A DNA stretch of 63,999 nucleotides, the filler included, from Dirinaria sp. TL-2023a (Eukaryota): NCBI GenBank assembly GCA_051941275.1. It is 21 parts of 21 records of this genome, joined end to end, with 100 filler letters (N's around TTAATTAATTAA, not from the genome) between each part and the next. Parts side by side here need not be neighbours in the genome. Positions count along the whole stretch, not along the records: positions 24,839 to 27,823 come from JAVEBF010002146.1; positions 27,924 to 30,903 come from JAVEBF010002147.1; positions 31,004 to 33,980 come from JAVEBF010002148.1; positions 34,081 to 37,055 come from JAVEBF010002149.1; positions 37,156 to 40,117 come from JAVEBF010002150.1; 16 more parts are not named here. One strand, given 5' to 3'. Within the stretch, counting starts at the first letter, position 1, and each line of letters starts with the position of its first letter. The notes below the pieces were generated by a model, which was not told where the DNA came from, made no database searches, and was given only the letters and a program-made list of their open reading frames with translations. A program made the position numbers and the translations under genes. Below are positions 25,240-37,367 of this stretch, piece after piece.

Positions 25240-27823
25240 TTATTCGCCGTCTTTTTCCATCTCTTGCGAGAAGTAGCGCGTCATCTTATCAGCTGATAAG
25301 CTGTTAGCTACTCTCTTCGTAACAGGGTGAGAAGCACTCACCCTTCGATTTCGCAGCGGTGGTCTTGGTCGGACGACCTTTTCGGCGCTGGCTCAGTGTC
25401 ACACGTGTTTGTCTCTGAGACTGACTTTGAACCGATCTGGACCCGTAAGACTGGGAGTGGGTCCCTTGACCATGGGAGCGGGCTTGAGAATCAGGGATTG
25501 TTGGGCCTAGATTCTGACTCTTGGGGCGGAGGTCGTTCCCCTTCGAGCTCTCCGAGCCGGAAGCCAAGCCTGCACTATCCGCCTTACGCTTCATCGACCG
25601 AGCACTCTTAAGTATCCCCTTAGTTGGCATAGAGACTTTACTTTGCTGAGAATCACGCTTTGTAGCTACGTCTTCTGCCACGACTAAGTGTCGAGGGCTG
25701 ATGGTCGTGGGTTGGGTGAATTCTTGCGAACCTCGGGGTGTGTGCGGCGTGACCTGCGTTTCTGTATTTGCCGGCTCAGGTAAGTACTCGAGATCAGTCT
25801 CTAAGAAATCCGAAGGTAGATGACCTCTTAATGATGACGTATAACTGCTGTAGTGTTTCGTCGTCACAAGGCTGTCTTCGACGAAATTTACGGTCGGCTT
25901 CAGGGTCTGTGATCCTAGATTTGGCGTTGGCGGGAAAAGGTCCTCAAAATCACTTGAAGTACCAGAGCGACCCTCATTATTTTCATCTGGAGCAAAGCTA
26001 AGACGACCGCGTGAGGGAGTCGCCGTGTGTTGCTCTTGGTTAGAAGTGAGAGGTTCTGGTACGCTTCGAAATTGGGAGTCCTTGACTACAGTATGAGTCG
26101 ATTTATGCTCAAAAGTTTCAGGCTTTCGCTGCGACTGGGAATCGTCGGCCTCGTGACGAGAAGACTGTAGACAACTTCGATCTGCCTTACGCCTATCTTT
26201 CGGTGGAAAACAATTCTCGTGTTGCTGCGCCTCAACGACTGTGTCTGAGCACACTTGAGCGGCGTTTCGGCTTCGCAAAATATCCAATGCTTTACGAGCT
26301 TCATTGGCTTTGCGGGTCTGTATTGCTAAACTATCTTCTGCAGCTTGTCGAGCTTCGCTAGCTTGGCGGGCTTCTGCAACTTTCTCCAAATTCTCGGTTT
26401 CAAGGTTCCTGATCTTAGCTTGCGTGGCTTCCAGTTCGTAGATACACTTTCTAAACGCCAGTTGAACTTTCGATAATTCAGTATCACTTTCCTCAATGCG
26501 AACTTCCAAACCGGCTACTGCAGCTCTCAGACTTTCAGCCTCTGCTGTGACCTCGGCGAGCGACTGCACACGATCTTGAGCTGAAACTTCGGCTTCACTC
26601 TTGCCCTTTTGAAGCTCAACGAGCACGCCGAGTCGTGCCTGTGCCAATTCAACTGCATCCGACTTTTCCTTTCGCAATCTTTCCAACTCTTGTGCTTCTT
26701 TCGCAATGTGACCTTCGAGGGAAGCTAATTTGTCGTTCAATTTGTGAACCTCTGCACGATGTTCAGCTTCGTAAGTACTTTGATCAAGCTGAGCCTTAGT
26801 AAGTAGCTCAGCTCTCTTGCCTTCTTGATCCGCAGTAAGACGCTCGATGAAGGCAGCATGCGCCTCTGCTACGCGGGTTGCTCTAGCGCGCTCTTCTCCC
26901 AATTGACTATTTACCACTTCCAGTTGTAGCTGGACGTGGGAGTAATCTTCAAACTTGGCTTGTAGCAGCTTCGATGCCTCGGTATTTGTTTCATGCAATA
27001 CCTGTATCTCTTGTTGGATGGCTTTGTTCTGCATGTCTATATCTCGAAGCCGATTCAGGGTCTCTGGGGAGTCACGCGGCTGCTTGCGGAGAGTGACGGC
27101 CTCCATCTCCAGAGCATTGACTTTATGCTTTAGGGAAGCTTCCATATCTTGCGCGGTGGCTATTCTTTGGCGAGCTTCCAGCAACGCAGCGTCGGATGTC
27201 TTAACTCTTTCCTCCAGGACAGCCTTCGCTATGCAATGCTCCGTGATTTGGTCACTCAAGGATTGCTCCGATTTGATATTTTCACGCAATAGTTGGAAGT
27301 CCTTCTTGACCTTATTGACCAAGTCTTGAGGATCTATGTTGAGGGAATGGATCTCGTTTCGACAAGATTGCACGGCGTCGGTAATGCTTACCTTGATTAG
27401 CGTTGTGTGATTGGAATTCGATGCACAGGAAAACCTACCCGTCGGCGGATGCCCTGATAGATGTCTCAAGAAGCCGAATATCTTCAGTAGTAACATTTCC
27501 CGAGTCCCGTAGCATGTTGACCGTAGCGGTACATTCGCACATGGTTGCTTTAAGCTCCTCACAGGAGCCGGACTCCTCATTTTGTCGTAGAGCTTCCAGC
27601 TTGCTGAAAATGCTGTTCAGCTTGGCAATGAAATGGTTACCTTGAGCTGCGGATGCTTCTGCGGAGTTCTGATGACCGATGCCAATCTTCTCAATTTCAG
27701 CCAGTATCAGATCATTTCTGTCACGCTCGTGCGAAAGTGAGCGCGCGCTCTCTTGCATCTGGGCCTGCTGAGTTGTAATTGTGTGACGCTGCACATGTAG
27801 CTCATGCTGGGCTTCTTTCAATG
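25240..27823 (-). CDS. Long coiled-coil protein with disordered S/T/Q-rich basic tail (5'-truncated)
   Basis: About 450 aa of heptad-rich E/Q/K/L sequence; probable introns near 27387-27438 and 25294-25341; last exon ...DKMTRYFSQEMEKDGE*. Confidence 0.7.
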
Positions 27824-28223
27824 NNNNNNNNNNNNNNNNNNNNNNNNNNNNNNNNNNNNNNNNNNNNTTAATTAATTAANNNNNNNNNNNNNNNNNNNNN
27901 NNNNNNNNNNNNNNNNNNNNNNNTTTCCTTTTCTTTTTCTTTCTTTGTGTTTTGGATTTTAGGTTTGGGAGTTTTGTTTTTGAAAAGTACGTAGCAGTAG
28001 TATCCCTACTCAGGAAATCATTACCTCGAAGGTAGAAGAGATACAAAAAGATGAATGGATAAACAACCCCTTTTTAATTGTTTTTTTTTGGGTTGGTTTC
28101 TAGGGTGGGGGCGAAAAAGGGGGGAAGAGCAATCGGAGACTCCTGTATTTTCTCCCATTTACTTGGAACGACTTGATCGGACTACATACATATTTACATA
28201 TTCATCAAACCCTATATGGCAAA

Positions 28224-29653
28224 CTACCTATCAACACTAAACAGCCTTCCCGGATGCCACCAGCCCAGAATCCCGATCGCGAGAACGACAGGCGCGAATT
28301 CCAATGCTAATCAATGAACCCCAATCAGTAAAATCCTTCCTAACCCATCCATAACAAAGTGAAAAAAGATGGAAGGGAAAACGGGGATTACACACCCCCG
28401 AACAGCGCCTCATGCGTCTGCGCAAACCCACCTACCCCCTGCGCCGTCTCGGCCAGGCGGAACACGGTCCGGAGATAGACGAGCAGGCTCGCGAGCACGA
28501 GCGCGGCGGTGAAACGCATCATGCCGCCTTCGCCGGAGGAGGTGGAGGATTTGCGGGTCTTGCGGATGAAGATGGAGAGGAGGGTTAGGAAGAGGAGGAA
28601 CTGGATCATTTTAATATTAGATATTCCAGGGGGGGGGGGGAGGTTTCGAAGCGAGATTGAAAGGGGAAAGAAGGGACAATAATCATACGGAAAAAACCTG
28701 AAACGCGAGACCCGCGAGCAGGATATCATTGCCTGTGTCGGGGTTCTTGCGATGGCTCTCGGACACCCCGATCAAGGCCGCGCCGGCCACTTGCACGATC
28801 GTCGAGACCACGTCTGCGGAGACGAAGATCGCGATGATGGATTTCCGGGAGAGGTCCAGAGGGCTGGTGGGTGCGCCGAGGAGGGCAATGAGGGATGTTA
28901 GGGTCGTGTAGATCCCACCGGAGAGGAAGACGGGGGCGACGACGATGAAGAAGTACGAGATTACGAAGTTTATCACGCTGTAGGGGTCGCCGGTGGGAGG
29001 AGGGGAGGAGAGCAGGCGGAATGCGTAGCCTGGATTTTTTTTATTTTGAAAAAAGGACTTTTAGTGTTTGCTCTTAAGATAGGAGAGATTTTTGGGAAGG
29101 CGTCGTAACATGAGTTGTATCGTCACATCCGCCAATGCTAAGAAATGCACACAAGAAAAAAGCAGATGGAGAAGCAGCGACAATAAGGGAGCAACATACC
29201 CACAACCTCAAAAACGGTAGTGGTGACTAGCAATATTGAGAACGCGTAAAGGCGATGAGCATAAAGGCGGTAGAGGTGGAGAATCAGGAGGAGCGCGTAA
29301 AGGACGAGAGCAAGGATTGCGAGCGCCTCATGAGGAGTATACCTGTGCAAGTTGTCAAAGGTAAATTTGGAAAGGCAAAGCATTGGATGGCTCAGTGAAT
29401 GGGTTGGGTAGAGTAGCAGACACATGGAATGGACGAATTTGTCTGATAGGGGAAGATGTAGATGTGCACACTGAAGGAACGGAAGCGCATGGATTAAGAG
29501 ATTGACAATACTCAATTCCGGGAATGAACATACAAGACGAACTCACCCGTAAATGATGATAGGAGCATCGTTCTCCCCATTAGGGTTTGGGATCGCAGGA
29601 TCCACGTAGCCTTCAATGGGCGCTTCGCCCGGCGCACTGTGATAGTCGCTCAT
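28224..29653 (-). CDS. RTA1-like 7-TM protein (multi-exon)
   Basis: N-terminus ...NPNGENDAPIIIYG|YTP; FEVVG|YAFR; FIVVAPVFLSGGIY; QVAGA; LAGLAFQ; LRTVFRLAETAQG; ALEFAPV...WWHPGR. Confidence 0.88.
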
Positions 29654-31432
29654 CCTGAACCGCAGCCTTCGCTGGTCTCAAGAAAATCCGAAGTCGCGCG
29701 TTATTGGGGTTTCTCAATCAAGATCCAAACCTGCAAATTATCGAAAAAATGATGAAAGAAAAATCCGATGATGGCAGGGGTCATTCATGAGAGGAGAACA
29801 TCGCGCGGAGAAATTTATGACTTTCTCCAAAATGATCAATAATGCATCACAGCACAAGCGAAGATGGAACGATGTCAGAGAGTGAGATGGCAGACAGAAA
29901 GAGACAGCGCTTGAAAGCGCATTAATTCTTCCGCTTGCCAAGCGCCCCAAGATACAAACCAGCGTCATAGATCGACATTTCTCTGAATACCATCTCAGTA
30001 GCTGCTTGGCGTCGCTTCGAGCTTCTCTTCGCCGCTGTGCAGCATTAATATTGTTGAAGTCTAAGGCTCAACCGCATCAAAAGCATCCGAGTTCTTTCGA
30101 CGCCTAGGCAAGAGTGTAGTCTCCTGCAATGTATCTTTTGAGTGATGTACTCACTAAAGAAATCTCTTGTCATGCGACTCGAACTATACTCTAAAGATGG
30201 AATAGATTCTGGGAAGAGCATGTCCGTCCTTTCGTGAAAGAAGTGCAGAGTGAACTTGGAGACAGCATCGTATCGAGAAGTTGGATATGTCATTCGAGAA
30301 TAATGGAGAAGAGCTGTTGGTATGTAATAGAGCGCAGCCCTAAGGTATTCGTGTGAACCAGAATTATGTAGAAACTAAACTTTTCTTGGTTAGTCGCTTA
30401 CTGCCCGCTTACCTCAGCAAAACCTCTTCTGTTAACTAAAGGTCAACCGAAAGATCACCTAAAGCCCAACTGACTTGCCCAATGCCCACCTGTAGCGCCC
30501 GTACAGTAGGTATCTAAGTGGGCAGTAATCGGCTAACTCGGCTAGGAAATTCTCATTCTTCTGGGCCGCACGAGTAGCATGCTGAGATGATTTTACTCTC
30601 ATCAAGACGAATTCGTACCAGGGGAGGATTGACCCCTCCATGTGAAACGAGTGAGCACCGCCCTTATCCTCATGGATGGCACAGTCGTTCAATCTACGCC
30701 CTGTCGAAACCAATCAAACTCAGAACATGTCTCGGTCAGCAAGACACAAAAGCCAATTGGCTAAAGACCGGCTCGGAGTCTTCGCGAATCTTCTGGAAAC
30801 CTTGAGTTTGAAGCATTCGCTTTCTTTAGTGATTCCTTTCTCATTTCTTCTCGCTTCTTGCTCATCGAGTTCAGATCTGTCGGCGCTTGCAACAAGATTC
30901 TTTNNNNNNNNNNNNNNNNNNNNNNNNNNNNNNNNNNNNNNNNNNNNTTAATTAATTAANNNNNNNNNNNNNNNNNNNNNNNNNNNNNNNNNNNNNNNNN
31001 NNNGAACGAGCATACGTCTCATTCTCTGTCGTGCGATCACCTCTATTCAGAGCTTCTCAAACTCTTTCGTGCGACGATGTCTATTCGAAGATTGCTCTTT
31101 CGAAGTTGTCGACTTACACTGCGGCGACATGATGAATAAATTGAAGCTCATTTGCAAGAATTTACTGTACTATCTTAGCAACCTGACTCGAGGATTGGCG
31201 AAAGCAATTTCTTCAGAGTACAGTCCGCCGGCTGATTCTGAAGGGATAGCTAGTATTATGGCAGGGGGCTGAGCTGCATAGATAGATATGATATTGACGA
31301 GAATACTAGCTATGCAGATCTAAGATACATGGGGGCGAGGTTTATGTAGAAACCTCGCTCGCTAGCGCTTCCGAGGTTCCTCCGAGGGAGCCAACACTAC
31401 TATCTAATAACACCACGCTAGATCCGTGACAC

Positions 31433-33980
31433 TGAGGTATATCGATGTCAAGAGTCGATTACTTAAGCAGAGAGTCACGTGATAAGTAGACGAAATAGAC
31501 GATCTTGACGAGCATCTATCGGATCTATCGAGCTAGCGATGATAGACGAACTAGACAGATGTCTATCATGTCTATCATGACTAGAAGTAGACGAAATAGA
31601 CGAATTAGACGAGTGTCTATCATGTCTATCATGTCTATCGCAATGTGTATATAAAAACTCAACACGACGCTCTTCTGACATCGTGTTCAACTTCATTTAA
31701 CTTGTCTACTACTGTTACAAGTACTAAGTACCTTGTCTTGTGAAATACTTGCCATATTTCTAAGAGACACCCGTTGTTTCTTGACAGATCTCTTCAACAG
31801 ATCAAATTCTAAGTCTTATATTAGAATCTTATTCTAGATGATAGTAGCGAACGCAACACTTTGAACACTCTTAGAATGTCTATCTCAGAACAACGTAACT
31901 TTGCTTCAAACATCATCGACTCAGCAACATCTCGCATTTCAATGATCAACGCAGATCGTAATCATGACGACAGAGTCAAAATCAACAAATTCGACGTCTA
32001 TAAAGAAGAGCGCGAAGATCTCGACGATTGAATCATTCAGATGAAGTTATACTTTGTATTTCATTCAGTGACTAATAATCAGAAGACGATCTTTGCTTCT
32101 ACGTTTCTTCGAGAAAAAGCTCAACACTGAATCAAATCTAAGCTAAAGAAAAGACTTGAGAATGAAAACGATACTGACGATAATATCTTCGCGTCATTCG
32201 ATAACTTCAAAACAGTCATTAAAAGAATCTTTGAGATCTCTAATGAAAAATTTATCGTCGAACGAGTTGTACAGCACTTTAAACAGACTAAATTAGTCTC
32301 AGATTACGCAGCACGATTTCAAGAATATGTCGAACTTACAAATTGAAATTATAGTGCGTTACAAACTATGTTCAAACGAAAGCTGAAGAATACGATCAAG
32401 AATGAATTGATGCGCGATGAAAGAGAATATGAGTCACTCGAAGAGTTGATAAAAATCGTCATCGATCTTGATGACAAGCTGTATAAACGAGTCATGAAAA
32501 AACGTTTCGACAACGAATCACGAGAAAAAACTATTGTCTCTATGTATAGATTCGTTGAGAACGATCGAAAGAGAAATAACATGAGCAGAAACAGACAACA
32601 ATCTTACTATAAAGCTATGCCTATGAAGTTAGATCTCATCGAACGCAAGAAGAAAAATCTCAGAAATAAGCAAGACAAAATCAACAAAACATGCTATTCG
32701 TGTGACAAATTAGATCACTTCGCAAAAAATTGTCGAACTAGAAACGCGATATCTAGAGAACAATTGAATATAATGTTAAAGAAAGTATTTGACGATTGAG
32801 AAAAAATCTGCGACGATGATGCAAGCTCGACAGAAAGCGCAGAATCAGCGTCGAAGAAAGAGTACTATCATGTGAAGAACTTCACAGTACTTCAACAAGC
32901 TCTGAACGAGACAGCATCAGACGATGCATCTGCCTCGACTCAGAAGATTAACACGATTATCAGAGAGCAACAGCAAGACTTCGACAATGAATTCGAATGA
33001 GATAACGACGTACCTCGAGAATTAGAGATTGAAGAATTCGAACAGCAACTGCGAGCAGCAGAAATCAGTGTGACAGACACGATCGAGCGAATTCTAAACA
33101 GTGATGCAACTCAGAAACGAGAGATTTCGAGACGAACGAACACATCAACGTTAAATCGAGAAAACGCGATTTTAAAAAAACTTCACGACTGAAACATATG
33201 TTGCAAACATCATTGTTGAATGCATCAACAAATGAGATGTGACGAGAAAAACAACGATTTAGTACATGATGCACTCGACGATATGAGATTATCAACTGAA
33301 CAACGATATGAAGATGTCAATTGTCGATTAACATGCATCACATGCGTCTCGAACGAGATACATCGACAAAAGAAATATGAAAGTTAAGTTTCTCGTGAAT
33401 TTATAATCACGATGCAACAAGCAATCAAGAAAGAAAAATCTGAACACTCAAAAATTTCAGCAATTCGATGCATCGAGAGAGAGTGCATAATTCATCGACA
33501 AAAAAAAATCGAACATGCAGAATTGCATTGATCAGATTGCTATGACGACGCGTGCATAATTCATTACGAAGAGAAATCAGAAACAGACTGATTCTCTAGA
33601 GAGCGACAACAGAGAAACTCGAAAAACGACAAGACTCTTCAGTAAAGAGCGTACTAAAGAAGTGCAATGCAATAGTTCAAAAAGTTATTAACGCATCAGA
33701 GCAAGCATGTATTTTCGACACGTTTATATGAATAAACGAAAATCGACTAAGAGCAATAATTGATTCGAGAGCGATCGAAAATTTTATGACACAACATCAG
33801 ACAGAACGATGTAAGTTCGCTGTTCAGACTAAAAATGAAGTGTACGATTTAGTAATCGTCGACGAAAGCTTACTAGAAAGAAACAAAAAAAGAGTGAATC
33901 AAAAAACTATATCACTTATGACAGCTATTCAACATCATCGCGAGAAACTTATTTTTGATATTGTAAACATGATCAGACAC
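31433..33980 (+). mobile_element. Ty3/gypsy LTR retrotransposon, 5' part (putative LTR, gag, protease), inactivated by hypermutation
   Basis: Putative LTR TGAGG(31433)..CAACA(~31798); gag from ATG 31876 with TGA at Trp sites; zinc knuckle CYSCDKLDHFAKNC (32692-32733); HxxLH*xxCYDDxC motif; protease IDS(R)A(I)(E)NF at 33759 in the -1 frame. Confidence 0.88.
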
Positions 33981-34080
33981 NNNNNNNNNNNNNNNNNNNN
34001 NNNNNNNNNNNNNNNNNNNNNNNNTTAATTAATTAANNNNNNNNNNNNNNNNNNNNNNNNNNNNNNNNNNNNNNNNNNNN

Positions 34081-34480
34081 TTTTGCAACAGGATATCTGA
34101 CCGGTATTTTCATGCCATTGGGCACCTATACTTGAGCTTCGACATAAATCTCAACATCATCCTCTCAATCATACGGGATCCGAGTTGGGACGGCGACAGC
34201 GAGGGTTTGAAATTACTTGGACCATGGCGGAGGGTCTGTACAACGGTCGCAGCGATGCAAGGGCTTGAGGTTCTGAAGGTCCATTTGGGCATGACTCATG
34301 GTGGGTTCGATTATATCAATGCTGAAGACGAGCAATTGATTCTAGCACCCTTGCGACGTGTGACGTAGCCGAGAAAATTAGAGGTCAGCGTGGCGTGGTG
34401 TCTAAACAGTCGAGGAGGAAGAAACCAGGTACTACAAGATGCGCCTTATGAAATCGTGGGCCATGGGACAGGAGCACAAA
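34081..34480 (+). pseudogene. C-terminal fragment of an F-box-associated-like fungal protein with internal stop
   Basis: WRRVCTTVAAMQGLEVLKVHL...ILAPLRRVT*PRKLEVSVAW: TAG at 34366-34368 interrupts a plausible continuing frame. Confidence 0.4.
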
Positions 34481-35114
34481 ATTCGCCTACCTCATTGGCT
34501 TGAATGGTTCAAACTTGGGTGGACAAGCCAAGAATTGTGAACGACATCATGACAGAACAAAGGATACAATTCCACAGAATACGCCTCACTAAGAAAAGCA
34601 GGCAAATGAACGAAAATAGCAAGAAGCAGGTCGCTCGAATTCGAGATCCACTTGTATGTGGAGGAGAAGTCTATCCAACGAAGTTCGGACGCCATTGTTG
34701 CCGCCTAGTCGAACAAAGAGTAGTGGAATCAGTTGAAACCTCGATGTTAAACAGACAGCAGTGAGCTGTACAATAATGAAGCAAAGTGCCTCCATTCCTG
34801 GGGGCAACTAAGGTGATCGGCAACGCGAACTCGAGCGAGCTAAGTGGCATTTCGCGAAAATTTCCTAATTGGGTATTGTTATACTATCAAACTATAAGTT
34901 TCAGCCGCATGGCAGAGGCGAACCAGACTCGACCTTAGCCAAACCTTCTTTCAAATATAAAAGACCTCGCTGTTTCCAAAAATGTCCACTTCTAAGCAGC
35001 TGTCATTGTCGAAATCGTCGAGACGAACGAGAGGCTTCCTTCGAACCGTTAAAACTTTTTATCTCTAAAAATCAACTTCTGGTCGATACTGCATCTTATC
35101 ACCCTCCATACATA

Positions 35115-35646
35115 ATGTCGCACGGATGGCATACTGGCCTTTTTGATTGCTTCGCAGCTGGAGAAGCCTGTATGCGCCCGTGGCTTCTCTTCATCAAGCA
35201 CAATACCTAAGTAGTACTAGGTCTTCACGGTTTCAGCGGCAATTGCATCACTTATGGCGAAACCCACTACCGTCTCGCTCACCGTGACGACCCCGAGCTG
35301 GCCAATTTTAACCTACTCTGCAATATCCCAGTCAGTGTCAAACCCTGCTGTGCCATCAATTTGCTCGAAGCCATGCTAAGTCACTCAGTGCTGGGTATTC
35401 ATCCCTGTCGGTATCATACCCGGCGGTGCATGCTTGATGGAGATGCTGCAGCGGACGAAGCTCCGAAAGCAGCTCGGCGTTGAGGGCTCGAAAGCAGACG
35501 ACTTTGCCAAATCTTACCTCTGTCATTGCTGTGGTTTGGTCCAGGAAGATATGGAGGCTAAGGCTTGGCAGGAGAGACGAGGGCCGTATGCTATTGATGT
35601 ACAGCCGCCAGGAAACAAGGAGGGCATGATATATGATAAAGCCTAA
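35115..35646 (+). CDS. PLAC8-family Cys-rich protein (two introns)
   Basis: MSHGWHTGLFDCF; CITYGETHYRL; RTKLRKQLGVEGS...D...CHCCGLVQE. Confidence 0.85.
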
Positions 35647-36321
35647 CGCCATTCCCAGAAGAGAGAAGGTGAAGTAGTATAGTAGGTAGACGGCGCACCT
35701 CCAAGAACTTGCTATTCATAATAGAGATTCGGAAGGATAGAGAGATACTTTTTCTAAGCTCAATGTCATCTTCATCGTTCTTGAGCCCACGTGCAGGGGT
35801 TAGTCTCAGCATGGCGTACAGCCTACAAAGAAGGCAGCTGTCAACCTCGGCCAGCACTTCGGCGCCTCGTGGTTTCGATAAAATCTAGCATGGGAAGGCA
35901 GTCAGACACGTTGATCAATCTTATACTCTACCCATGAATTTTGTGAATTATATTGCAGAGGGCACCCTCAAGTCATAAGCAAGACGCTTCGATGATTTCG
36001 TGTGAGCCACTTGACCGTGTCTCAATATGACGATATCCTGCCCAATTATCACAATACGTTCCTATCGGATCTCCCTCAAGAGCGATGTAGAAAGTAGCTT
36101 TCGCTATTCATTGCCTTTCGTTAGGGTCTAATAGTTGATATAGTTGTTCGCAGTATTTCGCGAGGCAACAAAGGCTGAGTGTTCACGTGACTTGCGAAAA
36201 ACGCTCATTCAGGGGAATACAGCAACTATAACCGATAAGAACAGCTAGTCCAAATGGTCATCTTTCGGAAATTTCCTCTTCGCTGAATCGACTCTTCTCT
36301 AATTGAATACAAGCGCTCAGT

Positions 36322-37055
36322 ATGCCAGCTAACAACGGTGATCACCTCCAATTGGTGTCGTCTTTCTATGGCCCCGGCGCTACAGGCTGCTGGTACCTGA
36401 CAATGTTATCATGCTTCATTTCCTGGACTGTCCATCCCAAGAAAAAGATATCAGGGTCCATTGACAGCGATTTCGTCGCCTTTCTGACTTTTCCGGCTGT
36501 ATCAGCTGGTCATCTCATATTGCAGACAAAAAGCTTCCCCAACACTGATGGCACTGAACAGAGTCCAACAAAAATTCTAGAACTGGCGGCAGCGCTCGAG
36601 GCATCTTTGAACGTCACGGAGAATTTCCTCCCATTAAGCGTCCTTCTAATCCTCGTTGCAGTCTTCCAAAAATGTGTCAGACGGGCCCTCCTTCTCAGTG
36701 TGTTTGCCCTCTTTAGCTTTCTTGCAGAGGTCAATCTTGGCGTGCATCAACCATCATTTCGAAGCAAGCACGGTCTATTGCACAGACTCTTTCTTATTCA
36801 TTACACGTGGCTGATATTGTTAATTTCTATCTTAATTAGCGTATTGGTCATTGTCTCGAGCACTATTATTTCGACCTTCTATTTACAGCGACCTCCTCGG
36901 TCTTGTATTAGAGGGTCTTCGCCGGGAAGATGGATGGTGAATCGTTCTCCAGAGCGTTCCGATGAAAGCGGAACAAACTTGCACGTCCAGCCTCAATACG
37001 ATCATGACTTTCTCTCTAGTCACCAAGCCCTACTTACGTCGATGTTCACGTTTTT
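36322..37055 (+). CDS. Hypothetical multi-pass membrane protein (3'-truncated)
   Basis: SSFYGPGATGCWYLTMLSCFISW...IDSDFVAFLTFPAVSAGHL; several hydrophobic helices. Confidence 0.65.
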
Positions 37056-37367
37056 NNNNNNNNNNNNNNNNNNNNNNNNNNNNNNNNNNNNNNNNNNNNT
37101 TAATTAATTAANNNNNNNNNNNNNNNNNNNNNNNNNNNNNNNNNNNNNNNNNNNNGTCTTCTTCGTCTGGAAAGCGCATTTCCTACCTCAGGTTTTGTCG
37201 GTGTGTCTGCGCTGCTCGTTGACCCATAGCCCAGCCTTGCTGTCAGCCCATGTCTTACATCTTCCAAAAGCAAGTAGGTCGTGACTCCTTATTCTCATAA
37301 ATTTATCTCCTATACACTTCTCCATCGTACACCTTGAAAAAGTTGGAATATACTTCAATACTCTAGC

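Noticed and set aside
15674..27823. Apparent meiosis/DNA-repair cluster (XPF, Spo11-like, coiled-coil protein)
   Set aside because: The genes lie on separate contigs placed together only by length sorting.
31876..33980. Alternative genetic code (TGA=Trp) or readthrough in the retroelement
   Set aside because: TGA at Trp sites comes with Gly->Asp/Glu/Arg and Pro->Ser/Phe changes of the same mutational type, and host genes use TGG for Trp and TGA as stop.
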